A DNA stretch of 64,000 bases. It comes from Parcubacteria group bacterium Licking1014_17. GTDB lineage: Bacteria > Patescibacteriota > Minisyncoccia > 2-02-FULL-40-12 > IGHO2-01-FULL-4-A. The stretch covers positions 779-64,778 of the forward strand of contig VMGJ01000006.1 in assembly GCA_007376485.1 (NCBI GenBank). The letters are read 5' to 3'. This document shows, piece after piece, positions 49,569-58,374 of this stretch (within the stretch, counting starts at the first letter, position 1; the number at the start of each line of letters is the position of its first letter). Below the pieces are notes generated by a model. The model saw nothing but the letters and a program-made list of their open reading frames with translations. It was not told where the DNA came from and made no database searches. Both the position numbers and the translations under genes were made by a program.

Positions 49569-49597
49569 CAAGGCGACTCCGCAAGGAGCCGCCTTGA
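49569..49597. terminator. hairpin between precursor 2 and the convergent HExxH gene
   Basis: CAAGGCG-ACTCC-gcaa-GGAG-CCGCCTTG. Confidence 0.6.
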
Positions 49598-49600
49598 ATT

Positions 49601-50479
49601 TTACCGAATTATTATAGATTTTCTATATTTTGAAAGTAGTTCTGTGTTACTAAAAATCTTGTTTCCGTGTTTTTTCCAAAGCGACATTTTTTCGGAAAGC
49701 TGCCCGTCTATTTTGAAGGCAGAACCTACAAGTTCTTCAATAAAATTTAAAAATGGCAATTTTTGTTCCAGCAAGTTCGCCAGTTGCTTCTCCACGTAGT
49801 CCTTGAAAAGCACAGGGCTATTGCCATTAGTTTTTATAAACAACTCTCTTATTTCCGGGTTACCCACTTCTCTAACGCTGAGGATTTCAGAAAGCCCTTG
49901 TTGATTAACAATAGCGGTAGCTACTAATTCTTTAAGTAAATAAACAGCATCTTCACTGATTATAATTCCTGTCCGTTTTTTAATTTCATCCAGATACCCC
50001 CAAAAAATTATGTGACTGATTTCGTGTATCGCCACATTAAGCAACCTTTTTTCAATGGTCTTCGCTGACTTTAATTCGCCGAGAATAGAATAAAAAAATA
50101 TTTTACCCCTGAACGGCGAAAACGGCAAAATGGTAAAAATTGCCTCATATTTGGCATCTTCCGGCCACTTATAATCCATAATTTTTGATAGTGCCGCAAA
50201 TGCATTGATGCCCCTTTCTTCGAGATGCCGCAAATTTGATTTCCTGATTTTTTCAATCGTATCGGCGTTATCTTTATAAAAATCGGACACATATCCGCTG
50301 ATTCTTTGCCGGAAATCAGTACCATTAGATAACTCGGCCAGCTTGGGATGGGCTTTAAAAATTGAAAACTTTGCCTGGACAAAGTAGGGGTGATTAACAA
50401 AACTCCAAAACAAGTTTGCATCTTCCCGCGGGTCTATTTTTATTGTTATTTTTGGGAGCTTAATTTGCTTTGTTACCAT
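49601..50479 (-). CDS. HExxH putative Zn metalloprotease
   Basis: PFSP...VAIHEISH...LKE. Confidence 0.7.
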   Translation of the reverse strand: MVTKQIKLPKITIKIDPREDANLFWSFVNHPYFVQAKFSIFKAHPKLAELSNGTDFRQRISGYVSDFYKDNADTIEKIRKSNLRHLEERGINAFAALSKIMDYKWPEDAKYEAIFTILPFSPFRGKIFFYSILGELKSAKTIEKRLLNVAIHEISHIIFWGYLDEIKKRTGIIISEDAVYLLKELVATAIVNQQGLSEILSVREVGNPEIRELFIKTNGNSPVLFKDYVEKQLANLLEQKLPFLNFIEELVGSAFKIDGQLSEKMSLWKKHGNKIFSNTELLSKYRKSIIIR

Positions 50480-50548
50480 ACTTTGATTTTTTTTAGGATT
50501 TATTGTAGAATAACATAAGCTACTTTGAAAAGCAAAAGGAGAGAAACC

Positions 50549-51862
50549 ATGTATAGGAGACTGAAATCGCCATTAATTGTTCAGATTGAGTTGACCGAGG
50601 CATGTATTAATAAGTGCCAACATTGCTACAATCCCCGACGATTAGAAGGTAATCACAGGCAAAGTTTTCCGGAAGATAGAGCCAAACTCGCCGTGGACAT
50701 CTTGGCCAAGGAGGAAGTTTTCCATGTCGTTTTGACCGGAGGCGAGCCGTTGTTAAATCGCGGATGTCTTTTCCGGCTTGCCAAAGAAATTTCTGCGGCC
50801 GGGATGACTTTCGGACTTAACTCCACTCTCTTTGGGTTTTCTCAAAAAGACGCAATAAGTCTGAAAAAATTGGGCATTCTTAATATCCTAGCAACCCTAT
50901 TGGGATCAACCAAAGAAAAGCATGATGCTCTGACCATGAACTCTGAATCCTTTACAAAGACCATTGAAGGGTTGGGTATCGCCTTGGAGGCAGGCATACT
51001 AGTTGGTGTGAATATGGTTGTCACAAACTACAATATCGCAGACATAAGAGACACCGCCAAGCTGGTTAAGACATTGGGAATCCGGTCTTTCTATGCGACA
51101 AAAGCTGCTTGTCCAAGTGATCAAAGAGAATTCAAAGATGCGATACTGGGCAAGGATCATTTTAGAAATTATCTGGAAGAGCTAGACTTGATTGGCCGGG
51201 AGGAGGGGCTTAAATGCGGTTTTCTGGAAGCTTATCCGCTTTGCGGCATGAAGAACTTGGGGAAATACGCCTACTTTCTCGGCCGTCGCTGCCTAGCCGG
51301 TATAACAAGCATGACCATAGCCGCTGATGGCAATATCAGGCCGTGTTCGCACTCTGACATCACGTACGGCAATATTTTCGTTGATGGCGGCATAGGTAAG
51401 GCATGGAGCAAAATGAGTGAGTGGCCGGATGGTCAATTATTGCCTGCCGATTGCAAAAAATGTCCGTTGCTAAACCGCTGCGGAGGCGGTTGCAGGATGG
51501 ATGCTAAAATCGCCGGTGGGTCAATCGACGCCATGGATCCGTTCACTTCACTGCCGGATGTTGATTATGTATTCGAACAACTTAAATCCGCCATTAAAGA
51601 TGGAGAAAGGCCACCACTGAACTTGCCGGACAAGATTAAACTGTGTCGCAACGCGAGAATTCGTTCTGAACCATTTAGCGGTGCGGTTTTCCCCCGAGGA
51701 AAACTTGGTACACTTCTGAATTCGGAAGGTATGCGTGTGTTTATGCAATTAGGGAGGGAAGTGCGTGTAACCAAAGAGCTTGTGCAAAACGCTGATTCCA
51801 AAGAAAAAACCGAGGAGTTTCTAAAAAAGCTTCTGTCTAAATCTATCATTGAACCCGCATAG
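50549..51862 (+). CDS. radical SAM/SPASM enzyme 2 with a C-terminal PqqD/RRE-like domain
   Basis: CINKCQHC, TGGEP; CLAG...DG...PC...CKKC.....CGGGCR; tail IRSEPFSGAVF...EFLKKLLSKSII. Confidence 0.93.
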   Translation: MYRRLKSPLIVQIELTEACINKCQHCYNPRRLEGNHRQSFPEDRAKLAVDILAKEEVFHVVLTGGEPLLNRGCLFRLAKEISAAGMTFGLNSTLFGFSQKDAISLKKLGILNILATLLGSTKEKHDALTMNSESFTKTIEGLGIALEAGILVGVNMVVTNYNIADIRDTAKLVKTLGIRSFYATKAACPSDQREFKDAILGKDHFRNYLEELDLIGREEGLKCGFLEAYPLCGMKNLGKYAYFLGRRCLAGITSMTIAADGNIRPCSHSDITYGNIFVDGGIGKAWSKMSEWPDGQLLPADCKKCPLLNRCGGGCRMDAKIAGGSIDAMDPFTSLPDVDYVFEQLKSAIKDGERPPLNLPDKIKLCRNARIRSEPFSGAVFPRGKLGTLLNSEGMRVFMQLGREVRVTKELVQNADSKEKTEEFLKKLLSKSIIEPA

Positions 51863-51939
51863 CTAAAAAGTTTGGAGCTACAGCCACCAGAGAATGGTGG
51901 CTTTTTGTTAGAGTGCCAAATGTGGTGGGGACGCATACA

Positions 51940-51986
51940 GGCTATTGACAAATACTTTGGCTTGACCTATAAAGGAGATAGTTGTT
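51940..51986 (+). promoter_or_regulatory. repeated promoter block, copy 3
   Basis: GGCTATTGACAAATACTTTGGCTTGACCTATAAAGGAGATAGTTGTT. Confidence 0.8.
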
Positions 51987-52058
51987 CTTTAGGTGCTTTT
52001 TTGGCTCTTTAACTCAAAGGTTTCATTTTCCGGCTATGCCGGCGAAAGGAGGAAGGAA

Positions 52059-52946
52059 ATGAAGTTTTTACCGATTTTTGGGACAAAGGCGGCTTTCGTC
52101 GCCCTCATGGTGGTGCTTTGTCTTTTTACCATCACTGGCTGCGACAGAAACAGCCCCACCAAGCCCGAGCCGTCACCGACCCCAACCCCAGAACCGCAAT
52201 TTACCCCCACCCCTACCCCCGTATTTACTCCGACTCCAAGACCGACTTCAACTCCAACCGCTACTCCGACCCCGACTCCAACACCCACGCCAACTCTCGT
52301 GAATGACGCAGAATGTGTTAGGGTAAAAGCTAATTCCCCTGTTGAGGTGGGGGCGGTTTTTACCGCCACGGTGAAGATGAGAAACACGGGGACGAAGCCC
52401 TGGTCCGATCCGGATGCGGATGGTAATGACCAAGTCCACAAATTAGTAGGATTAAACCCCCTTACCTGGGGGACAAACGAAGTTAGTCTTCCATCCTCAC
52501 CAATAAACCCCGGGCAGACTGTAGTTTTTCACGTTACTGCCACAGCCCCAACTACAGCAGGGACATACGGCTTCAGCTGGCAAATGATCGAGGGCCAGGA
52601 ATGGTTTGGCGAGCTATGTTCGAAGGACATAATCGTCAATAATCCTGTCCTGATGTCAATTATTGTGACGTACCCTGTGTCTGGGTCTGTGTGGCACCAT
52701 GACGACGAAGTTGTAGTCATGTGGAATAGCACAGGCTATCCTGCCGATTTTGTTTACAGAATTTACGCGAAGTCGGGCAATTGGGAAAAAGACCTGGGCA
52801 TGAGTCAATACGGGCTACTGCTCTTCTACGTTCCGGCCGACTGGCCGCCTGGGGATTGCACGGTGTTTGTGACTGACCCCGCTTTCCCGCCCAAGACAAA
52901 TAACGGCGTGAGCGGGGACGAGAGCGAGGTTTTCCAGGTAGAGTGA
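52059..52946 (+). CDS. lipoprotein with PT linker and Ig-like (NBR1-like) domains
   Basis: Lipobox ITGC, PT repeats, MRNTG..PW...PGQTV.F...AP...GTY...WQM. Confidence 0.78.
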   Translation: MKFLPIFGTKAAFVALMVVLCLFTITGCDRNSPTKPEPSPTPTPEPQFTPTPTPVFTPTPRPTSTPTATPTPTPTPTPTLVNDAECVRVKANSPVEVGAVFTATVKMRNTGTKPWSDPDADGNDQVHKLVGLNPLTWGTNEVSLPSSPINPGQTVVFHVTATAPTTAGTYGFSWQMIEGQEWFGELCSKDIIVNNPVLMSIIVTYPVSGSVWHHDDEVVVMWNSTGYPADFVYRIYAKSGNWEKDLGMSQYGLLLFYVPADWPPGDCTVFVTDPAFPPKTNNGVSGDESEVFQVE

Positions 52947-53032
52947 ATGTTTTTTTCAGGGTGGAGTTTTCGTACTCCACCTTTTTTTATATGTGGACAA
53001 ATTGAAATATTTTTTCGTGTTATAGTCGACAT

Positions 53033-54634
53033 ATGGGGAAAATATCTTTTCGCGCAAAAATCACGATGTCGCTAGTTCCCGTAGTCCTATCCGTGATGTT
53101 GTTTTCTATTTTTAATTTTTTCTCAAATAATTCAAACGCGGATGTTGGTTGCGTCACCCTCGCTCATCCTGTCGCGACTAAAATCAGTACACCAGCGCCC
53201 CCAACTGATTGGTTTATTGGGACAGCCGACAATGACACCGGCTCGCCTTGGGATTTAAATCATATTAAAACCCATATACAATGGTGGCCGAATTCCATAC
53301 CGGTAAAAGAGGTAGTGGTGGGGTCGCACATGGACGATGGCAGTGACCGCGCTGGCTGGTTTATTATGGACTGGGGCTGCTTTAAAGATTTACCCGGGAA
53401 TGATGTTGCTGAAAAAGAAAGGGGTGTTAATGAAGGAGGAGAATTCTGGGTAGGAACAAGCACCGCGAATTTAAACGTCTCCCCCACAAACCTATCAGGT
53501 AACCCCAAGGCTACGGGCTGGAAGTATGTAAGCAGCATATCAGAATCCGGTTGTAGCAATTGTCTCAATAGTTTCGATATAGGATTAAATAACGGCGCTG
53601 AATACAAATATGTCTATTTTTGGAGCAATGGCAGTCCGTCAGGATGTGTTGGGGGTATTTGTGAGGGCGTATCCGGTTCTAATGTTGAATACATCAATAT
53701 AGTAAATCCGCAGACTGAGACCGCGACTCCCACGCCCACGCCAACCCCTTCTGTTGATATTAAAGCCAACGGTTCGGACAATCCGCCGCAAGTAACATAC
53801 GGCGGGCAAGCGACGTTGACTTGGACTTCCAAGAACGCCACATCCTGCCAAGTTCCTCCGAATTCTCCGGAGGTGGATTGGTCGGGGGATAAGCCACTGA
53901 AGAACACCACCGGCGAGGTGAAGGCCAATCTTACCAATCCGACTTATACATATAAGATTAAATGTTCGGATTCTAAAGGCAATTCGGCCAGCGACTCGGT
54001 TACGGTCAAAATAGCCCTGCCGCCCCTCCTGGTGGATTTGAAAGCCGCGCAAAATGAAAGTTCGTTTGCCGACCCCGTGTCCGGAAGCGTGCCGTTTTTG
54101 GGGATTGATTTGAAAGCTACTGTCAGCAATGTTGCGAGCGGCTCTTTGAGTTATTATTTTTACTGCCAAAACACATTGGGCACCAGCGCGGCGATAAGTT
54201 CAAGCTATAACCCTTATCAAATAAATAATCTTTGCGATTACTGGGACCAAAATGGCGGGACTTATACCGCTAAAGTTCTGGTGAAGCAGGGGAGCAGGAC
54301 CGCCACCGACACGGCGACAATCACCTCGGTAAAAAATAACCTGCCGCAGGTTCTGAATGTGAAAGCTGAATCCGCCAACGGCTGTTTCTTGAGCGGCGGA
54401 CCGACCGAAATTATCAGCTGGACTTACAAAGACATTGATAACGACCCGCAGTCGGGATTCAAGGTGGTCGTCCATAAAGGGACTGCCACCGGTCCCGTAA
54501 TTCAGGATTCCTGTTCAAAAGGCACCTGCGCTCCGGGAAACACTTCCGCTTCCTATACCGTTACCGATTTGGAATGGGGGCAGAATTATTCGGTTGAGGT
54601 TTTCGTCTGGGATAAAAAGATGAATCCCGAATGA
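53033..54634 (+). CDS. secreted Cys-containing surface protein with Ig/FN3-like domains
   Basis: Signal peptide, PT linker, ATLTWTS.NA.SC and SWTY.D.D.DPQ modules. Confidence 0.75.
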   Translation: MGKISFRAKITMSLVPVVLSVMLFSIFNFFSNNSNADVGCVTLAHPVATKISTPAPPTDWFIGTADNDTGSPWDLNHIKTHIQWWPNSIPVKEVVVGSHMDDGSDRAGWFIMDWGCFKDLPGNDVAEKERGVNEGGEFWVGTSTANLNVSPTNLSGNPKATGWKYVSSISESGCSNCLNSFDIGLNNGAEYKYVYFWSNGSPSGCVGGICEGVSGSNVEYINIVNPQTETATPTPTPTPSVDIKANGSDNPPQVTYGGQATLTWTSKNATSCQVPPNSPEVDWSGDKPLKNTTGEVKANLTNPTYTYKIKCSDSKGNSASDSVTVKIALPPLLVDLKAAQNESSFADPVSGSVPFLGIDLKATVSNVASGSLSYYFYCQNTLGTSAAISSSYNPYQINNLCDYWDQNGGTYTAKVLVKQGSRTATDTATITSVKNNLPQVLNVKAESANGCFLSGGPTEIISWTYKDIDNDPQSGFKVVVHKGTATGPVIQDSCSKGTCAPGNTSASYTVTDLEWGQNYSVEVFVWDKKMNPE

Positions 54635-54901
54635 GACAGCAATAGTATGTTTTACACGTATGTGCTAAAAAATAAGAATAATCGTTTGTACACTGGATTC
54701 ACTTATGATCTACGGAAACGCTTCAAGGAGCACAATGACAAAAAGTCAGAATATACAAAGCATCGTGGCCCCTATGAATTGATATACTATGAGGCGTGTC
54801 TTAATGAAAATGATGCTCGCCAAAGAGAAAAATATCTTAAATCTGGGACGGGTAAACGTTATCTCAAAGATAGATTGAAGCGTTTCCTGTCTCATACGGG
54901 A
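54625..54901 (+). mobile_element. 277-bp GIY-YIG mini-element with 15-bp TIRs and a TGAA duplication
   Basis: TGAA|TCCCGAATGAGACAG ... CTGTCTCATACGGGA|TGAA. Confidence 0.65.
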
Positions 54902-54904
54902 TGA
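54647..54904 (+). CDS. GIY-YIG nuclease family protein
   Basis: YTYVL...LYTG.T.DL.KR..EHN...YYE......A..REKYLK. Confidence 0.92.
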   Translation: MFYTYVLKNKNNRLYTGFTYDLRKRFKEHNDKKSEYTKHRGPYELIYYEACLNENDARQREKYLKSGTGKRYLKDRLKRFLSHTG

Positions 54905-54924
54905 ACCCCTAAAGGCGCAAAGAA

Positions 54925-55851
54925 ATGAGCAAGAATAAATTTTTAAATAAAAAAACTATACTGCCGGTGATTTTGACGGTGTTGGTGATGAGTGCTGTTG
55001 TTTTTTTGGGAACCAGAGAAGGCAATATAGCGATTGGCGCCACGCCTACACCGACGAAAACCAAGACGCCAACACCTACTCCGCATCCAACTTCTACCCC
55101 GATTCCAACAAAGACTCCAACAAAAACACCTACTCCAACGCCGACTAAAACTTTGACCCCGACGCCTACGCCAACAGCGTCATTGCCGCCTCCTCCGAGT
55201 CAGCCGACAATCACCGCGGCGGGGGATTGCTATTCGGGGCCCTTCACTGCCCAGATTTCATGGACGGGCGCGCCCGGTTCCGGTTTTTACGTGGACGTAG
55301 ATGTCAATGAGTCCACTTTTTATGATTATTCTTTCTACAATAAATCCGCCGGCACGAGCACTCAAACCGATTCGGCGAATTTTCTCGGCGGCTGGCCAAG
55401 CCAAGACCAAACTTTGGTGATGATGCCCGGCGTTACTTATTACGCCAGAGTTTATAACGGCCAACACAGCCCGACGAGCGACCCCTTCATAAAACCGTAT
55501 TGCCCGAGCGTGCCGGGAACAACGAGCTGGATTTCGCCGCCTTATCCCTGCCCTCAACCAAATTTTGAATACAATCCGGTAAAGCCGTCATCGCAGAAAC
55601 CGGTGGACTTTACCGACAAGACCGTCTTTGGCGACGGCGGCACGCATCTTTTCAGCTGGGATTTCGGCGATAACAACACCAGTTCCGACCAGAATCCGAC
55701 GCATACTTACACCGCCAGCGCCAGCTACAACGTGACTTTGACCGCGACGGACAATTCTTTGACCCCACCCTGCACCTGCTCCGTCACCAAACCTCTAAAC
55801 ATCGGCAAGAAAAAATCTCCTCCGATTTTCAAAGAAGTGAGGCCAATGTGA
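54925..55851 (+). CDS. PT-repeat surface protein with a PKD domain
   Basis: Signal/TM, long TPT repeats, WDFGD....S.QNPTHTY. Confidence 0.85.
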   Translation: MSKNKFLNKKTILPVILTVLVMSAVVFLGTREGNIAIGATPTPTKTKTPTPTPHPTSTPIPTKTPTKTPTPTPTKTLTPTPTPTASLPPPPSQPTITAAGDCYSGPFTAQISWTGAPGSGFYVDVDVNESTFYDYSFYNKSAGTSTQTDSANFLGGWPSQDQTLVMMPGVTYYARVYNGQHSPTSDPFIKPYCPSVPGTTSWISPPYPCPQPNFEYNPVKPSSQKPVDFTDKTVFGDGGTHLFSWDFGDNNTSSDQNPTHTYTASASYNVTLTATDNSLTPPCTCSVTKPLNIGKKKSPPIFKEVRPM

Positions 55852-56022
55852 GGAACTCACGCCGTTTTAAGCGGGCGAGCCCCCTCGCTACGCGCAAACC
55901 CCCAGCGAGGGTTCGCGCTGCCTTGTGACCTCGCTCGTCCCCCCGCAGAACCTGCAGGGGGACACCATGCCCGCTCGGTCACAAAGGCCGCTTGAGGGCC
56001 TGCCCGCTTTACCATGATGAGC
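55852..56022 (+). repeat. GC-rich nested-hairpin element flanked by 33-bp direct repeats
   Basis: CCTCCGATTTTCAAAGAAGTSAGGCCAATGTRA at 55819-55851 and 56023-56055; internal CCCAGCGA and ACCATGC. Confidence 0.7.
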
Positions 56023-56041
56023 CCTCCGATTTTCAAAGAAG

Positions 56042-56560
56042 TCAGGCCAATGTAATGTAGTCAAGAAAATACTTTAGTACCGGCAGTTGCAAGGGGAAAA
56101 ATATCTCCGGTTTTGTTTGTAGCATCTCTTTTAATTCTGAAATGGTTACCCATTTCGGGTCTTTGACCTCGGCAGGATCAGTTTTAACGTCTCCTTTAGT
56201 TTCACATAGAAAAACAAATCCAATCCAAGGCAAACCGTTTTCAGATTTGAGTATTTGCTGGCAAATGAAAGGTTTAAAAGCGAAGAACTTATCCCGATTT
56301 TCATGCTCTAAAACCCGGGTTTGATAATCGTCAATGATTTTTGTAATTTCAAGACCGCACTCTTCCTTAACTTCTCGCCTTAATGCGTCATAAACATTTT
56401 CATAAGGTTTTATAACTCCTGCCGGTATTTCAATCATACCCGAATAGGCAGGACTTACTTCTGGCTTCCAGCGTGTTTGGATAAATACCTCCTTTTCTTT
56501 TTTATCTGCGTTATTTCGTATTAATATTGCCGAAACTACCGCCTTTATTTCTGTTTCCAT
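56042..56560 (-). CDS. NUDIX hydrolase
   Basis: G.....E.......REVKEECG NUDIX box. Confidence 0.9.
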   Translation of the reverse strand: METEIKAVVSAILIRNNADKKEKEVFIQTRWKPEVSPAYSGMIEIPAGVIKPYENVYDALRREVKEECGLEITKIIDDYQTRVLEHENRDKFFAFKPFICQQILKSENGLPWIGFVFLCETKGDVKTDPAEVKDPKWVTISELKEMLQTKPEIFFPLQLPVLKYFLDYITLA

Positions 56561-56575
56561 ATTTGATTGTTTGTT

Positions 56576-57238
56576 TTAATATTTTTGAGCCATAAAATTT
56601 ATAAACTGTGTTTCAATTTTATCCCAAATTTCACTTGTTCTGCCCATTTTAACCAGTATTAGGTCATGTTTTACTATAAGTTCTTTGATTAATTGCTCGC
56701 TCCAGAGTCTACGAATATGCCCGCCGCCATTTTCATAAAGGTGCGGGCAGATTTCCTTACTGGACTTTATTTTGGAGTTTGTGCCTGTTTTGCCCTCAAT
56801 CATAATATAACCTTTGTTTTTCAATAGTATCTTGCAGCGGCTGAAAAAATCATCCAATTCCTTATCTGTTAGGTGAAGTGATGAACGTGAATATACGGCG
56901 TCGATGCTTTCTGGCACATTAAGCGGCAGCGAACGTGCATCCGCAACAATCGGAGATACTTTTTCGATGGTGTTGTCGCGTTTTGATGCTTCTCTACATT
57001 GTCTAAGGGCATTGAACGAAAAATCAAGAGCCAAGACCTTACAATTTTTCTCGCGGGCGAAATATCACGCGTCTCTTCCATTAGCCGCGCCTATCTCAAC
57101 AATCGTTCCGTCTCTATGCAATAGCTTGATGCATTGCAAAGCAAACAAGTTGGGAGTGCCTTCAATCTCTCTGGATTCTTCCTCGCGCCGCTTATGTTGG
57201 TCCTCCCATAACTCTTTCTGTCCCTTAATTTTATCCAT
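56576..57238 (-). pseudogene. class I SAM-dependent methyltransferase with an in-frame TGA
   Basis: MDKIK...VEIGAANGRDA*YFAREKNCKVLALDFS; stop at 57065-57067 with the same frame on both sides. Confidence 0.8.
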
Positions 57239-57327
57239 TATTTTGTAATTATAACATATCTTGAAATTATTTCAGGATTATTGTACCATTCCATATAGTT
57301 TTGTTCTTTGTTGCGGAGGGAAATATT

Positions 57328-57657
57328 ATGTGTAGAAAGGAAATGACGCCAGAGAAATTTTATGAAGAGCTGGCCGCGGGTTGCAGTGATTTCACGGATG
57401 TAATTATCATAGGTAATATATTGCTTTCGGACCGTAATATTAAAAAAAGTATTATTATGGTTCGGTCGAGAGTAACGGGCAGGTTGGGGTTCCAATCGCT
57501 AGTTATTACCGGAGATTTGAACTTGAGCGGATCTCGGATTGCAGGCGATCTCCTCCTCGATAATTGCAGAGTATCGGGGAAGTTTAGTGTTAAAGGAGCC
57601 AGAGTAAAAGGCAGAAGACATATTGCTGACGTTCAATGCAAAGAGTATGAAGATTAA
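57328..57657 (+). CDS. hypothetical beta-helix-like repeat protein
   Basis: RBS GGAGG; repeated ITGDLNLSGSRI/AGDLLLDNCRV units. Confidence 0.65.
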   Translation: MCRKEMTPEKFYEELAAGCSDFTDVIIIGNILLSDRNIKKSIIMVRSRVTGRLGFQSLVITGDLNLSGSRIAGDLLLDNCRVSGKFSVKGARVKGRRHIADVQCKEYED

Positions 57658-57792
57658 CGCAAGCACAAGTGCATCTCTAGAAGCCCCAAATCCTATTGGG
57701 GCTGTTTTTTAAACAGGTTGAGTTTTATGATTTATTTTGACCTGCTTTGCTACGCCAAAACTTTCCTAATTTAAAGCGGGATTACATTTTAT

Positions 57793-57926
57793 GCCGCAAA
57801 ACTGCCTTTGAGCAGTACAGCGAGCCAAGTTTTGCTTGGTCCGCCTTGGGCGGAAAACTTGGCGAGGTATAAGCGGAGATTTTCGCTGGAGAAATCGAAG
57901 CATCTGCGAAAAGGCAGTTTTGCGGC
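57793..57926 (-). repeat. structured dispersed element, copy on the minus strand
   Basis: Reverse complement shows outer stem GCCGCAAAACTGCCTTT, GATTTCT-CCAGCG-AAAATC hairpin and ACCAAGC bulge. Confidence 0.65.
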
Positions 57927-57950
57927 CACGAGGGGCGATGTTCTTAAGCT

Positions 57951-58256
57951 TTATTTTATCCGGTTTTCCAGAGTGATAACGCGGCGCTCAAGAGCTGAAA
58001 ACTCATCTATATCCACCTTTCTTTTTAGAGAGGTTTTGATGAATTCAAGGTCCGTTTTCACTATCCCCATATCTTCCGCCAGCAAGTCAAACTTTCCGTT
58101 GAGGTCGTCAACCTTGCCCTCTATTTTGACGACTTTGTCTTTTATAAGGGGAATCTGGCTGGTTTGTTCCGCCAGCAAATCAAACTTATCGTTAAAATCT
58201 TCCAGCAAGGCGCCTATTTCTATTTTGTTTTCTTTTGCCGACCTTTTGGTTTTCAT
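57951..58256 (-). CDS. coiled-coil hypothetical protein
   Basis: Internal repeat KFDLLAE x2; LERRV..LE. Confidence 0.7.
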   Translation of the reverse strand: MKTKRSAKENKIEIGALLEDFNDKFDLLAEQTSQIPLIKDKVVKIEGKVDDLNGKFDLLAEDMGIVKTDLEFIKTSLKRKVDIDEFSALERRVITLENRIK

Positions 58257-58374
58257 AACCTGATTTTAGCAGATCGGACCTGCAAGTCAAAAAAGCAATA
58301 ATGTTTGCCGCCTAGCACGATTGCCAACGCGGCGTTCCTCGTGTAAAACTTAATATAGGCGTAATTTTATTTTC

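Noticed and set aside
52170-52295. Pro-Thr repeats (also 55040-55175) as DNA-level repeat arrays
   Set aside because: They are codon-degenerate protein linkers typical of surface proteins.
53033-54634. Surface-protein gene truncated by the GIY-YIG insertion
   Set aside because: The reconstructed empty site ends ...KMNP-TAA, so the gene ended there anyway.
57065-57067. Genetic code 25 (TGA=Gly) or selenocysteine
   Set aside because: TGA terminates recG, glyS, smpB and others, prfB is present, and this is a single non-Cys position.
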